A stretch of DNA of 62,014 nt, filler included, from 12 parts of 12 records of this genome joined end to end with filler, not necessarily neighbours in it, one strand, 5' to 3'; shown: positions 24,129-36,421, counted from the whole stretch's first letter. Notes: generated by a model not told the origin, from the sequence alone. Numbers and translations: made by a program.

Positions 24129-25220
24129 GAGGACAAGCCCAAGAAGAAGAACCGGCCGATCATGTGGCCGATCAAGCACTGCACCCACCGCAGACTCTCG
24201 TGGAGCTTTTACTTCCTCCGTGCCCGCCGGGCGCGTGAGGCCGCTGCGAGGGCCACGCTTCAGCGAGGCGCGGCAGGCTGGGCCCAGATGCAGATGATGC
24301 GAATGGCCGGTGTCCTGCGGGCGGTCGCGCGCCGCTCGGCGGCTGTCCGCACGCTGATTGGAACAGCGGTCGCGCATGCAGCATCGGTGGGTTGCCAGCG
24401 AGCTTGGGGCACCTGGCGGCGTGTCCACCGCCGGGTGGTCGCAGCCAGACGTGCTGGGGGTTCTGGATCTACGCACTGGGCAGCACGCCGCAGCATGCTG
24501 GCAGTTATGGCCTGGAGGGCGGCGGCTGTGTCAGCGACGGTTGACATGGCCTCACTGCGAGTGGGCATCCTCCAGCTGCTGCGCACAGCTTCGCGATGGT
24601 GGCGGCGGCGCCAGGCGGTGCGCTCTGCGATGGCTGAGGCGGCCATGACCGGGCGGGCGATGTGGGACAAGCGTGCGGCTCGAAGCGGCTTCCAGCTGAT
24701 GAGGCGGAGCGGGGCTTGCAAGGCCGGGCTGCAGGCGAGACATGGCGCTGCGTCCGGTCTGGTGTGCCAACGGCACTCTCGACGCTCTCTGGCCCATTGG
24801 CATACCGTCGCCTGCAATCTGGGCTCGCGGCGGGCAGCGCTCGGGAGGGGGGCGGCGCACTGGCTGAGGGCGACAAAGCTCTGCCTAGTGGCACTGCACT
24901 CGTGGCAAAGGGCTGCTCGAGCCAAGGGTGCGGCTGGGGCCAGGATGGAGCGAGCTGTGGGGCACTGGGCCCGACGCGAGGTAGGAGGCCTTGCGGGGAC
25001 CTTGCTTAACTTGGGGGGCAGTTGGGTTCGGAGGAGTTGCGAGCCGCGCTCTGGCAGTGGCTGGGTAGGAGACGGCTCGGGCTGCAGGCGGCGAGGGGCA
25101 CTATCAAGCAGTTTATTGCTAGGTGGCGCCGGGCTAAGCAGTGGCCGTGCTGACAAGGCCGGGCAGGTCCATTCAACGGAGGGTGCATTCGTGCTTTCGG
25201 TTCTGGAGGTGCGATTATAG
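24129..25220 (+). CDS. Sfi1-like Trp/Arg helical repeat protein, 3' fragment
   Basis: Periodic segments RAWGTWRR, AVMAWRAA, SLAHWHT and ALHSWQR. Confidence 0.5.
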   Translation, partial: EDKPKKKNRPIMWPIKHCTHRRLSWSFYFLRARRAREAAARATLQRGAAGWAQMQMMRMAGVLRAVARRSAAVRTLIGTAVAHAASVGCQRAWGTWRRVHRRVVAARRAGGSGSTHWAARRSMLAVMAWRAAAVSATVDMASLRVGILQLLRTASRWWRRRQAVRSAMAEAAMTGRAMWDKRAARSGFQLMRRSGACKAGLQARHGAASGLVCQRHSRRSLAHWHTVACNLGSRRAALGRGAAHWLRATKLCLVALHSWQRAARAKGAAGARMERAVGHWARREVGGLAGTLLNLGGSWVRRSCEPRSGSGWVGDGSGCRRRGALSSSLLLGGAGLSSGRADKAGQVHSTEGAFVLSVLEVRL

Positions 25221-25519
25221 GAACAAGCTGAAGCAGTGTGCCCTACACCGGGCCACAATCGAGAGAGCCGCCCGGCTCGGTCTCTTCTAACTTGTACAGT
25301 ACATTCTTGATTTTATGATCCTACTTTACTGGAAAGTCAGGTTTGAATGTAAAAACATCAGTTTTAAAGCATGGCCCGCGCGCAACAACTCGCGCACAAC
25401 CCTTCACTTTTGGCGGGTTGCCCCCCCAAGGCAACCCGCCAAAATAACGGCACTCGAAATGCCCGAATCGCCGGAGCTCGGAGAATTCTTGCGGGCAGGC
25501 GCACACACCTTCCGCGCAC

Positions 25520-26746
25520 ATGGATCGTCAGCTGGCCCTCGCCCTCCTCATCTCATCACTGGCCACCGGGCTGCCGCTCGCCCAGCGCACCCAGACCTTC
25601 TTCTCCCAACCTCTCGCGCTCCGTCCCGCCGGGATTGGCTTCGTCGAGCACACACCGCTAGAGTTCCCGCCGGGCCGGATTGCCATCTCCAGCGTGACCT
25701 CCGACTTCGTGGACGAGCACGGCCAGTCGGTCCCGCTCGACCGGGCCTACATGCATCATTGGTTTGTCCACGCCCTCGACAACAACAATACGGTGGTGGC
25801 CGCGTTCGGGGCTGGATCCGAGTTCCGCCGGGTACCGGAGACGTTTGATGCCCCGTACGCGATGCTGATGGAGGGCACCGAGCGGTGGTCGGCTCAGCTC
25901 CACGCGATCGACCTCCGGACCCTGAATGACGAAGACAGGCTTCCCTGCGTCGAGTGCCGCCGGCGGGTTGACTGTCGGGACGGCTCCTGCCTGTCACCGG
26001 CGGTGGAGCCGGATCTGGGCAACTACACCGGTGGGGTGTATGCGTGCAACTGGGACGAGGCCAACTCGACTGCGGGCTCGGCCCTGTGTGCTGCTCCGAA
26101 GCCAGGGGAGGCCGTGGCTAGCTACCGTCTCAAGTACACTGTGACCTACAGCTCGTTAGACGGCCCACAGGCGCGCCCTTGGACTAAAATGTACTCAACT
26201 ACGCTCAAAGCGGAAGCCCCGTACGCGGAGTATGAGGTGCCGACCTGTGCCGCCGATGGGTCGAATCCAATGTGCACTCACGTTCAGCAGTCCCAGTGGA
26301 TTTGGTCCAACGGCAAGATCAAATGCACCTCGTGCCCAGTGTTCAACCCGCGGGTGGCCCCGGGTAACCCGTATGATTTGGAGCACGCCTTCCCTGCGAC
26401 CAAACTGGGGCTGATCTGGGCCACCGGGCACCAACACGACGGAGCTCAGGGGCTCGAGCTTTGGGTGAAGCAACCAGGCGGCAATGAGAGCATGGTATTC
26501 GAGAGCTTGCCAGCCTACGGCAGCCAGCCCGGGGTGCCGGGCAATGAGCTTGGTTTTGTGGTCGGGTTTTCTATTGGCCGGTGGAGCGAGCCGTTGGAGA
26601 TCAAGGAAGGAGCGACCTTGAGGGTTGTGAGCAAGTACGAGGCACACGCTCCAGTATTCAACACGGATGGGTTCCATGCCGGGCCGGAGGTGGCAAGGAC
26701 GGGTGTGATGGGATACATGCGGCTTAGATTTGTTATGCTCGATTAA
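25520..26746 (+). CDS. Secreted stress-up-regulated Nod19 (SURNod19)-family protein, intronless
   Basis: Signal peptide followed by VDEHGQSVPLDRAYMHHW, GAGSEFR, HAIDLR...CVECR, GHQHDG, YG...GNELGFVVG and TGVMG. Confidence 0.8.
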   Translation: MDRQLALALLISSLATGLPLAQRTQTFFSQPLALRPAGIGFVEHTPLEFPPGRIAISSVTSDFVDEHGQSVPLDRAYMHHWFVHALDNNNTVVAAFGAGSEFRRVPETFDAPYAMLMEGTERWSAQLHAIDLRTLNDEDRLPCVECRRRVDCRDGSCLSPAVEPDLGNYTGGVYACNWDEANSTAGSALCAAPKPGEAVASYRLKYTVTYSSLDGPQARPWTKMYSTTLKAEAPYAEYEVPTCAADGSNPMCTHVQQSQWIWSNGKIKCTSCPVFNPRVAPGNPYDLEHAFPATKLGLIWATGHQHDGAQGLELWVKQPGGNESMVFESLPAYGSQPGVPGNELGFVVGFSIGRWSEPLEIKEGATLRVVSKYEAHAPVFNTDGFHAGPEVARTGVMGYMRLRFVMLD

Positions 26747-27119
26747 TTGGCATTTCGCGTTATCGTGCGAATAATTCAAACAACACTCATGACAGCACTA
26801 CTGGTACAAATGTTGAATCTTTCTTATTCTTTATCAGTTCACATTCATCTTTGTGTCTTCATCGCGGAGCTGTGTTCTATAATCAGAAGGTAAGCACCTC
26901 TCAAAGTAACAAGGATTGAGTTTCTGTGAGCGGCCTTGGTTTCATTTCCCCGGCGAGGGTACTGGAGTCAACCATTCCCTTTCATCATTTGGAAGAACAC
27001 AGAAGAATATTATCGTGAAGAAGGCTATTCGTGGCCGAGCGGAGGTCTATCAACGTAGCAATCGCGCTGTTGTGGGAGCCACAACTATTAGGCGTTACCG
27101 GTATGAAGATGCCGGCCTG

Positions 27120-28680
27120 ATGAAGGTAGCTCTGGCGCAGCGGCTGCTGACCGAGTTCATCGGGACGGGGTTCCTTTGCCTGACCGTGACCCTCTCGGTC
27201 GGCCAGTCCATGCCGCTCAGGGCGGTCGGAATTGGTGCGGTTCTGACCAGCATGGTTTATATGGGCGGACCGCTGTCCGGGGCGCATTACAACCCTGCCG
27301 TGACGCTAGCCGTCTGGGTGCGGGCTGGCTTGCCGGGGATCGACGCACTGCTCTATGCCCTAACCCAGCTGGCGGCTGGCGCAGCATTCGGTGGACTGGC
27401 TTTTGTGTGGGAGCCGCAGATGCCGCATGCACTCGGCTACCCGGCTCGAGGCAGCGGGGTCTCATGGGGCGCGGCGCTGGCCTGCGAAATCGTCCTGACG
27501 CTGATGCTGGCGCACACGGTGCTGCATACAGCTACCGCTGAAGAGGCGGACGGCAAGCAGTATTTTGGGCTGGCGATCGGATTTGCAGTGCTCAGCGGCG
27601 CGATCAGCGTGGGAGGCATCAGCGGTGGGTGCTTCAACCCGGCGGTCTCGATGCTGTGCCTGGTAAACGGCCAGTACGACGATCTTTGGATCTATTGGCT
27701 GGGCCCTCTGGTGGGAGGTCTGCTCGCAGGCGGGGTGTTCAATGCGATTGTCCGGATGCGGGCCAAGAACGAGTGCATACTGCTCAGCAGCTGCGCTGTA
27801 GAGTTTGTGGGCACCTTCATGCTTTGTTTCACCGTCGCAACCGCAGCTGCGTCGAGCAACAGCCACGGCTACATCGGAGGCGGTCCGGTCGGTTCGGGCC
27901 ACGGCGGATCCGTCAGCGATCCGTTGGCTTCGCTTTCAATCGGAGCAGCGCTGGTGTCCATGGTTTACGCCGGAGGTTACGGCGCGAGCTTTAATCCTGC
28001 CGTTTCGATTGGGTGCTTTTTCCGGAGGTTGAGCTGCAGGGGATTCAAAGAGGAGCTAAGGCCGGAGTCACTGCTGCTGTGCAGCCATGTAGTCACGCAG
28101 GCGGTAGCGGTTTTCGGGGCGGGCTATGCGGCCCGGGCGAGCGTCCCTGGCACGATTGGTTACCCTTACCCGGAGCCCGGAGTGAGTGTGGCCGCTGCGT
28201 TCCTGGCTGAGCTGCTTGCCACGTTTGGTCTGGTGCTGACTGTATTAAATGTGGCGACTGCCAAGGCGACCTCTGAAAACAGCTACTTTGGCCTGGCAAT
28301 CGGCTTATTAGGTCCGGCCGCCCTATCTGCGAGCGTGCACTGATGGTTGGCATGCAGTGACTGCAATGTCGTTAGCGTTCGGGCTCATTTCAGGAGGTTG
28401 TTTCAATCCGGCTGTTGGGCTGCTTGCAATCACCTCGGGGACCAACGAGCTGGCACGCATCTGGATCTACTGGACGGCCTGCCCAGTTGGCGCAGTGCTG
28501 GCCGCCTTAGTGTTCCGGCTGTTGAATGGTGTCGAGTATGCCCCTGTGCAGACTGAAGAGGAGGAGGGTGAGATCAACAAGTTTAGGTCGCCGGCTGGAA
28601 TGTACGGGGATGTGCACGGCGCCGAGTTCGATTTCGACAAGTCAGACTACGGCGCCACTCCACGCTCGCCTATACTCTGA
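27120..28680 (+). CDS. Tandem (two-channel) aquaporin/MIP protein, one intron 28312-28357
   Basis: Four NPA boxes (HYNPAVT, CFNPAVS, SFNPAVS, CFNPAVG) and two EFxGTF-type first helices. Confidence 0.88.
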
Positions 28681-28712
28681 CGAGTGCTCAATGCTACACT
28701 TGTAGAAGTGTG

Positions 28713-28812
28713 NNNNNNNNNNNNNNNNNNNNNNNNNNNNNNNNNNNNNNNNNNNNTTAATTAATTAANNNNNNNNNNNNNNNNNNNNNNNNNNNNNNNN
28801 NNNNNNNNNNNN
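28713..28812. other. Artificial contig linker
   Basis: N44-TTAATTAATTAA-N44. Confidence 0.98.
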
Positions 28813-28873
28813 TCCGTTGGGCTATGTGGCAAAGTGTGTATTAAGGTTTCCGTTATTCTTCACTGCCGCTCCG

Positions 28874-29287
28874 ATGGGTGAGCCTCCCCCGGCTGGGTCC
28901 CGGCTGGATCGGTACCTGGCCGAGCGCAACCTCTCGGCCCGGGACGCGCCGGCCGCGCTGGTCGTGCACGAGGCCATAGGGCTCGGCCTGCTGCTCGGCA
29001 TCTGGGCCGGCTGCTACACCCTCCGCCCGTCCGCCCGGCTGGCCGGGCCTGCCGCCGCCGCCTGGCCGCAGACGGCGGCGCGGGCACGGGCGCAGTGGGG
29101 GCCGGCGATGGGCAGGGCCGAGCGGTACGTGGCCCGATGGCTCCCGCGGGCGGCGGAGCCCGGGCGGCTGGCTCTGTCTTTGGGCGAGTCGTTTGTGGTG
29201 CGGAACTTGATGCGACCGGTGACGATCCCGCTCAAGCTGTGGCTAGCCTGGCAGGCGATGCTCGTGCTCAAACGGCCCGGGGACTAG
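28874..29287 (+). CDS. Small membrane hypothetical protein (possibly DUF1279/FAM210-like)
   Basis: ALVVHEAIGLGLLLGIWAGCY and LGESFVVRNLMRPVTIPLKLWLA. Confidence 0.5.
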   Translation: MGEPPPAGSRLDRYLAERNLSARDAPAALVVHEAIGLGLLLGIWAGCYTLRPSARLAGPAAAAWPQTAARARAQWGPAMGRAERYVARWLPRAAEPGRLALSLGESFVVRNLMRPVTIPLKLWLAWQAMLVLKRPGD

Positions 29288-29615
29288 CGCCGGCTGCATG
29301 CCGATACAATTAAACAAACAATGATATAAAACTTGATACTGTATAGCTACATATCAGTTACGACGAGATTGCAATTGCCGCGTACTGACGTACTGTACTC
29401 GTACGTACGAGTACTCAAATTCCAAGGTTTAAATCAGGCTAAGCCTTAAGCTTTAGCTAGCTTAGTCTCGCTCTTTCGCCGTTGACGATTCAATTGAGCT
29501 GTACAACCGAATGCAGCGAGGGCGCTTCACCAAAACTTCATCCGCAGCCGCCACAACCACAAGACGAGTTTATAATTAGCACCTATTATTATTCAAAAGC
29601 TGTACAATTACGTAT

Positions 29616-32600
29616 CTAGTCGACCGCTGGCACAAGCGTGCCATCGGCCGTAGCCTGCACATCAATCGCCTGCCCCTGGGCTGCGTTGAGCGCGTCCTCC
29701 AGCGTGTGGACCGTCCCATGCCGCCGCTCAAACCTTAGCCTCTCCTCGAGAAGCCCTACTAAACTAGCCGCGTGCCGCAGCCCAGGGGTGGTAGCCTCCT
29801 TGTACAGCCGACGAGCCTCGACAGTCCGCCCCTGTCGGGATGAACATTAACGCCACTGTACTATGCTCACATTATACTATACTACTATTATACTATACTA
29901 CTTGTACTATTATACTAGCTCGGACCTGGAGCACTTCGAGAGCGATCGCCAGCTGCCAGCATGCCTCGTTAAACGGCATGGTGCACACCCCTGGCAGCCC
30001 AGCCTCAGCCTGATTGCGGTTTAACCCACAGATACCGAGCTCGAGTTGCTGCCGAGCCCCGTCGATGTCGCCTGCGATGAGCCGCAGATGGACCAAACTG
30101 CGCAAGTAGCATGTGGTATGCAACGGCAGACAAACGGCACCTGAGCAGCGCGGAGGGGTTGTCCGGCATGCGTGCGACTGCGTCCTCTAGAATCTGACCC
30201 AAAGGCCTCTGTGCCGGGGTAAGCTGGCTGCGGCACCGTTGAGAGGAGCAGAGGGGATGTCCGCAGCCTTTTAGTTATTATCGAGATGGCCGTGCTATGG
30301 AAGGCATGCTCGTGAACGGAGCTCAGCCCACGGGCGTCAGCAAGCCTGCATCCGTCCTCACAATCCGGCCACAGTTTTGAGAGCACCGCTGGTGCACAGC
30401 GCCGTGGTCGATCTCCTCGAGTCCGCCATCGGCCGGGCACAAAACCTCGGCTGGCAGTCTGAGGCAGTGCCTTGCCACCTGCAGCCCATCACACGCTCAT
30501 CATCGGCTAGCCACACACCTCCTCGAACGCTTGAGCCGACCCGACTTGCGAGGTGTAGCGCAGCCACTCGAGCAAGATCTTCCGAGCCGCCTGCCAGGCC
30601 ACCCTCAGCCGCTTGTGAGCCGCCAACTCTACCAGAGCTCCGAAACGAGCCATCGCACCCACCCCCTGGCGGTACGTCTGCATCGCGAGCTCGTGCTCAG
30701 ATCGGATCACGTGCAAAAGCCCAAGTTGCATCCACGCCGCTTCGACGGACTGCTTGCTCACGTGAGCGCCTCGCGCGACCGCCAGCTCTTGCAGTGCCGT
30801 GCGTGCCTCACCGACGTCGGCCGCGTCGACACTTTCTAGTATCGCCCGGACTGCTGAATCCGCCCCAACCGATGCCGGATTCTGCATGTCGAATGAACGG
30901 ATGCATCGAGCCTTGAGGTGGTCCAGCCACAGCATGGGTCGATTGGTCTTAGACTTCTGTTCAGTCGCAGGGATGCAATCTTCGTCCAGCCACCTCGATG
31001 TGATATCCCCCATGACCCGTTTCACATTAGCAGCTACAGCCTCAGCTCTCGAGACAGACGGTGCGACCTCCATAGCCGCTGTAGCCATGAGCCTCATGCT
31101 ATCTAGCCATTGCTGCTGGGGCCATGGGTCCCTGTTAGGCATCGCGTCATCCAGCAGTTTCACGGCCGCCACACGGTCGCCTTCCGCTGCCAGCCTCCGG
31201 GCCTCCGCTACAAGGACCACGTCAGGCACGGCTCTTAAATCTCCAGCCGATTGAGTCAGACAAGAACAGTAAACACGGTGCGCTAGCCCGTGCTCTTCCG
31301 GGGTGCAGACAGCTACAGCTGTCCAGTCGAACGCCACGTGCGACGAATTGACGTTGAGCAGAGCGCTGACTGGTCCGCGCGGGAACGGGATCTTATGGTG
31401 CAGAGCTAAGTGCATGGCAACAAGCCAGAGCACTGGGGCCGGAGCAGACTGGGTGCACAACCAGTCAGTCAGTGTGACCACAGCGCTGGCGACTCCGTGC
31501 AGGTCCAGAGTCATCTGCGTGTGCTGCACCATCAAGTGCGTGGTCTGGCGCCGACACAGCTCAGTCTGGCCAGTCGAGCTAGCACACAGCGCGTCGGCAG
31601 CAGATAGCGTGAGGACAAGCCTCTCAGGCAGCCGCGACTCAGCTTCTATTACGATGCACCACAGCCAAAACGAATCGCTGTTGCATTCCACAGCAGTACG
31701 GCAGAGACCAGCCAAATCAGACTCTGTCGCATGCCTCTGGTAGCAATGCAGGTAAAGCGCCCATAGCACCACTCCAGTCGGTGCGGCCTCAAGCGCCCGC
31801 GCCAGCACCTGCAGCATGGCGGTCTGTGAGTACTGGAGAAACGCCAACTCTAGCCAACTGTTCTGGTCCTGCTGGTCAACAGCCAGCCTTGCCTCCAGCT
31901 CCACCGCTGTGCTGCCTGTATCCTCCTCGAAGTACCTTCTGTCCTCCCGGGCATCGATCGGCTCGCTCTCTGGTTCGTCATCGGAGTCCGAACCAAACGG
32001 AATCATCTCAATTTCGTCCAACCTATCCACTGCCATTGCTTGCTCCTCTGTCTCAGCCACCGGTACCACCACCGGTTTACTCAAAAGATAGCGTATCTGA
32101 ACACTCTCATCTTGATCCTCGGGTCTCCATCTGGCCTTCTTGCGCCACTTGGATTCTACAACCGTATTGGAACGCTGCTTCGCGCGGGCCAGGAAATCCA
32201 ACCCTTCAGGCATTCCCTCTAGATCCTTGTTGGCATCAGCACCGACCGCTTCGTAGTCTCTTCGGTGCTGCGCCTTGCACTCATCATCGTTGCACACTCC
32301 GTGCAGCTCAAACCTGCACAGCTCTCTCGACGGGTCCAGCCGGAGCACAGTCCCGTTACTCTTCTCTGACTGGTAGCTCCTGAAGATCTCCAACGGACTC
32401 TCGTATTGCCCGCCTCGCATCAGCGTCGGTTGGGCCGATCCGCCACTGTGTGATTCGATCGGAGACTCGAATAGCTTAGCGTCGTCTGCGTCGTTGCCGA
32501 GTTCAAAGTCTTGAGAGTTCGGGAGTAGCAACGTATCAATTCCAAGCATGTAGCCGCTCTCGTGAGCACTCGGCCCAGCATGAACCAGCTTGCCCAAGGC

Positions 32601-33750
32601 CGCTTCAGCAGCCGCCACCAGCTGGTAGGAGAGCTTGGCTTCGGGGGGTTGGAGCGCCGGCTGCTCCTCCTGCAGCAGCGCCGTGAGCAGTTTATCCTCG
32701 TCTGAACTTGCAATCTGGTGTCCGACCATAGCTGCGCGCCGTATCGCCAGACCATACGACTCAAGGTGCTCCAGCTCACACACCTGCCCCCACAACTGAT
32801 CATCCGGCCTGCCCCGTCCACACCTCAAGCGCGTCTGTCTCCGCCTGTCTGCGGGCAGTCCTCAGCTCCTCCAACGAACGCAGGGTGAGTGAAGCAGCTG
32901 TCGACACTTCGGCTGCCGCTTCAGCGTCGCGCGTCTCCTGGTCACACACAAGCGCGTCCACCATTCGCTTCTGTTCTGCCAGCAGCTTCTGCCTTAGTTG
33001 GAGCACCTGTGTCTTATCAAACCAAGGCCCAGCCCCTCGTCCACCTTCATCCGAGCTCGGCTCTCTCGGCTGCGCATGTCCGCATCAAGCTGGCTGGCCA
33101 GCGCTGCCTCGTACCGAGACGTGAGCGCATCCACTCGCACCTGCCCGGTGCTCAGCCAGTCCTGTGATTCTGATTCCTGGCACCTGACTCTCGAGAGCGC
33201 CTCTTACGAACCGATCGTGTACGCACTTATCCAGCCACGCGCGCTCAGGAGGCATAGCGTGCTGGGTGGGCAATCCAGAGCTCGGGGCAAGCGGTGAGGC
33301 GGCCACTGTGGCCGGCCCGAGCCTGGCTGGCTTGCTGGTGGCATGACCGAGCTGGTTCTGCCGTTCTGCGATTGCAATCTTGAGCTTTAATATTTCGACC
33401 TACGGTGCAAGTCAGCCTGGCCGGCCTATGCAGGCACCTCGCGCGAGTTGTTCCTGAGGGCCGGCGGGATTCGGGGTTTGCTTTTGGGCGAGCTGATCCT
33501 AGGGGTGAGCCCGCCCTTGGACGCGAGGACTGCTGAGTCGCAGTCCGAGCTGAAGCTCGATGAGTCGTCGTCTCGGATGATCAGAGGGGACGCTCCGGAC
33601 CGCACAGGCACGCCCGCCTCCATTTCGAGCAGTTTGGCCATGTCGTTCAGCATGCCGTGTGTGATGCTGGGCGGCTTGCCAGCAGAGGTGCTCACCAGTG
33701 TTTCGGGCTCATTAGTCACTCGAATCTCGTTAGCTGCTGGTTTGATCTCC
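29616..33750 (-). CDS. ZFC3H1: ZFC3H1/Red1-like zinc-finger + HAT-repeat protein, 5'-truncated
   Basis: YESPLEIFRSY...LDPSRELCRFELHGVCNDDECKAQHRRDY is followed by helical HAT-like repeats (VLARALEAAPTGVVLWALYL). Confidence 0.78.
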
Positions 33751-33850
33751 NNNNNNNNNNNNNNNNNNNNNNNNNNNNNNNNNNNNNNNNNNNNTTAATT
33801 AATTAANNNNNNNNNNNNNNNNNNNNNNNNNNNNNNNNNNNNNNNNNNNN
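33751..33850. other. Artificial contig linker
   Basis: N44-TTAATTAATTAA-N44. Confidence 0.98.
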
Positions 33851-34114
33851 AGGCTTTGCTGACCGGCGCACGGACTGTGAGTACTTCAACGGAGCGCTGC
33901 TTGATAATCTGTAGATCAAGGGTTTTCATGAATTAATCCATTCTATATCATTGCAAGGGCGCTCTGCATGCTACTGATGCTAGTTTAATACTTGTTACAT
34001 GCAACGTTACAACGTTGTGTAATTGACATCTAAACAAACAATGATTATATGGATTTAAGGGAAGAGGTGCCTGTATGCGGGTAGGTCTAAAGTACGTACG
34101 TGTTACAATCATAA

Positions 34115-34933
34115 TTAAACACACCGGCCCGTGTGGACATCCACACAGGTGCAAAACCCTGACCGGGCACAACGAGTGCACCTCACAAATCCTAGGCAAT
34201 CATCATCTACGCTGCAGCTGGGGCCACGCCGATTAGGCTCGCAGCTGGCTTGGGAGCGGGCAGGAGTAAGCAGCTCGGCTGATGACGCGCCACTACAAGC
34301 TGTTTTGAAATCGGCCGGTGCTTTGAGCACCCATTCGGCTTGGCTGCCACGGGAGCAGGCAGATAGGTAGATCTGAGAGTGCGCTGTGTCATCCGTCCGC
34401 CACACATGGTAGCCGTGCTGTGCTACAGCTGTGGCCATGGCCTGGAGTGACCCCCCACGCTCCCTCACGTTGCGCATCAGCTCAAGCGGCTGAGCGGCCA
34501 GCGCACAGATCTGCGCAAAGTAGCTGCGTGCGTCTTTCTGACCGGCACACACACCGTGTCGCTTCCACTCATGACGTTCGAACCATTCAGCCGACGCGCC
34601 ATTGCCAGTATAACAGCTGGCGCTCCGACCGCTCCAGCGCCGGCTAGAAGGCGCTATACAGCTGCTGCTGCCATACTGGCCAGTCTCGGGCCACAGCCCG
34701 TGCACTGCCGGCTTTGAGTGCTTGTAACGGCCTCTACCGAGGCCGGTCTCGAGGACTAGCACCCCACACAGCGCCGCACCATCACAGTCCATGTACCGGC
34801 GGCCGGGCGAGATCATCAGCGGCGTGTCGATGCTGTATGGCGCAGAGGAGAGCGAGAAGACCTCTGCCCGCTGCTGAGGCTGGCTCGCAACAGTGGCCGC
34901 AGCATACAAGTACAGCCTGAGCTGGAGCCACAT
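34115..34933 (-). CDS. Secreted ribonuclease T2-family protein with Cys-rich C-terminus
   Basis: CAS I VHGLWPE and CAS II FERHEWKRHGVC, with signal-like MWLQLRLYLYAAATVAS. The upstream part of the 472-aa ORF is antisense to the neighbouring gene. Confidence 0.88.
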   Translation of the reverse strand: MWLQLRLYLYAAATVASQPQQRAEVFSLSSAPYSIDTPLMISPGRRYMDCDGAALCGVLVLETGLGRGRYKHSKPAVHGLWPETGQYGSSSCIAPSSRRWSGRSASCYTGNGASAEWFERHEWKRHGVCAGQKDARSYFAQICALAAQPLELMRNVRERGGSLQAMATAVAQHGYHVWRTDDTAHSQIYLSACSRGSQAEWVLKAPADFKTACSGASSAELLTPARSQASCEPNRRGPSCSVDDDCLGFVRCTRCARSGFCTCVDVHTGRCV

Positions 34934-35182
34934 TGAGCACGCGGTTTTGGCCTGTGGCCACCTGCAGCTACATGGCGCAGCACGTAGCAGGGCCTGCCTG
35001 GCTGGCCTCGGCCTGCTCCTAGGGCGTCGATCGTTGGGGAGAGATTGTGGGCAGGGGCTATTGCCACGAGCAAGGACGTGCTCGGACTGCCCTGTCCACA
35101 CCTCCCAGAACGCGCTGTAACCCTGAATAAGGGCAGCCACAGCACCGGTAGGCGAATAACGGAATAACTCTCCGAGGGCACC

Positions 35183-36315
35183 ATGCCGCTGTTGCACGTG
35201 GCTGCGAGCGAGGAGCGGCTGACAGTGGACGAGGCGGCAGGCTGGCTGATGGACGACGCGAAGGAACTGTTTGCGATCTACTTCCGCGAGATCGGGCACG
35301 AGAAGCCCGGCTCGTGGCAAGGCGAGCCACCCAAACTGGTGGAGGACTTCGAGCGCTGGACCTACCTGGAGATGCGCGAGCACATGCCGCACTTCCTTCG
35401 GATCAGCAACGAGGGCCAGGTGTGGTCGGGGGGGCACCCGCACGGGCTGAAGGGTGGACAGATCTTTCGGATCTTTATCGGGGACGATTTCATCTGCCTG
35501 AACAACGTCGAGTACAGGAAGGAGCTGGAGCAACAGGGCTACACCCAGCCGTGCTGCTCGTGGGTGCCAGCCCCGGGCGGGACCGGCTGACCGGCTGGCA
35601 GAACGAGCTGTTCAAGATGCTGGTGGACGTGGGCGGGTATCGGATCTACCACAATTTCCCCGAGGGCAACGACCCAGCCGGCTACCCGCTGGGCGGCAAC
35701 TGCTACTTGCGTATCCCGGAGTATTTCGAGCGGCCGGAGCATCTCGCGTTCGAGAAGACAGAGAAGGCCCGGCACGCCAGGCAGATGCGCAACATCGTGA
35801 GGCAGAGGAAGCGTGAGAAGGGCGAGACAGTGAGTGAGGACGAGGAGGAGCCGGAGCCGTACTCTGACAGGCAGCTGTACAAGAAGGGGCTGATTGCGTC
35901 GGCGGAGGACTTCACCCAGAAGCTGCACACGGTGCGGATGAAGAAGGAGGCCAAGGACAAGGTGAAGGCGATCCTGGCCAAGGCGTTCAGCGAGGGCGAA
36001 GAGCAACGGCTGTCCAAGTTTGAGCTCCAGCAGTGGGCCGACTCACCCGGCGGAGAGAGCGGCAAGGCCATGTTCGATGAGATCGGGGCAGTTTGGCCCA
36101 GCACGTGGCAAGCGCTTGACCAGGACCCGGCGGCTGCGTTCAGTGCGGCGGAGCTCAAGACGGCTTATGTAGAGGCGTATGTGGCACAGTCTAAGGTGGA
36201 GCTGTGGGAGGAGCGCGACCAGCTCAAGCGACAGGAGGACGAGTCCGACCCGCTGCCGCCCCAGTTCAGGAACCTCGGAGGGACGGACGCGCCGCTGCAC
36301 GCCAACAAGCTGTAG
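35183..36315 (+). CDS. Hypothetical protein (2 exons)
   Basis: Strong GC3 codon bias. ORFs 35183-35590 and 35314-36315 can be joined by a ~40-nt intron near 35561-35601. Confidence 0.6.
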
Positions 36316-36421
36316 ATGTTGTGCACACTAATGACTTGCGATAGTACTCGGGCCGGATGGCCATAATTATTTGATTTATCTAATACACGAATTGCAATTT
36401 CATACAAGTATGAAGTAAAGC

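Noticed and set aside
34934-35533. N-terminal extension of RNase T2 (472-aa ORF) overlapping the + strand gene
   Set aside because: It is most simply an antisense shadow of a GC3-rich gene. A signal-peptide-like Met at 34933 gives a normal RNase T2.
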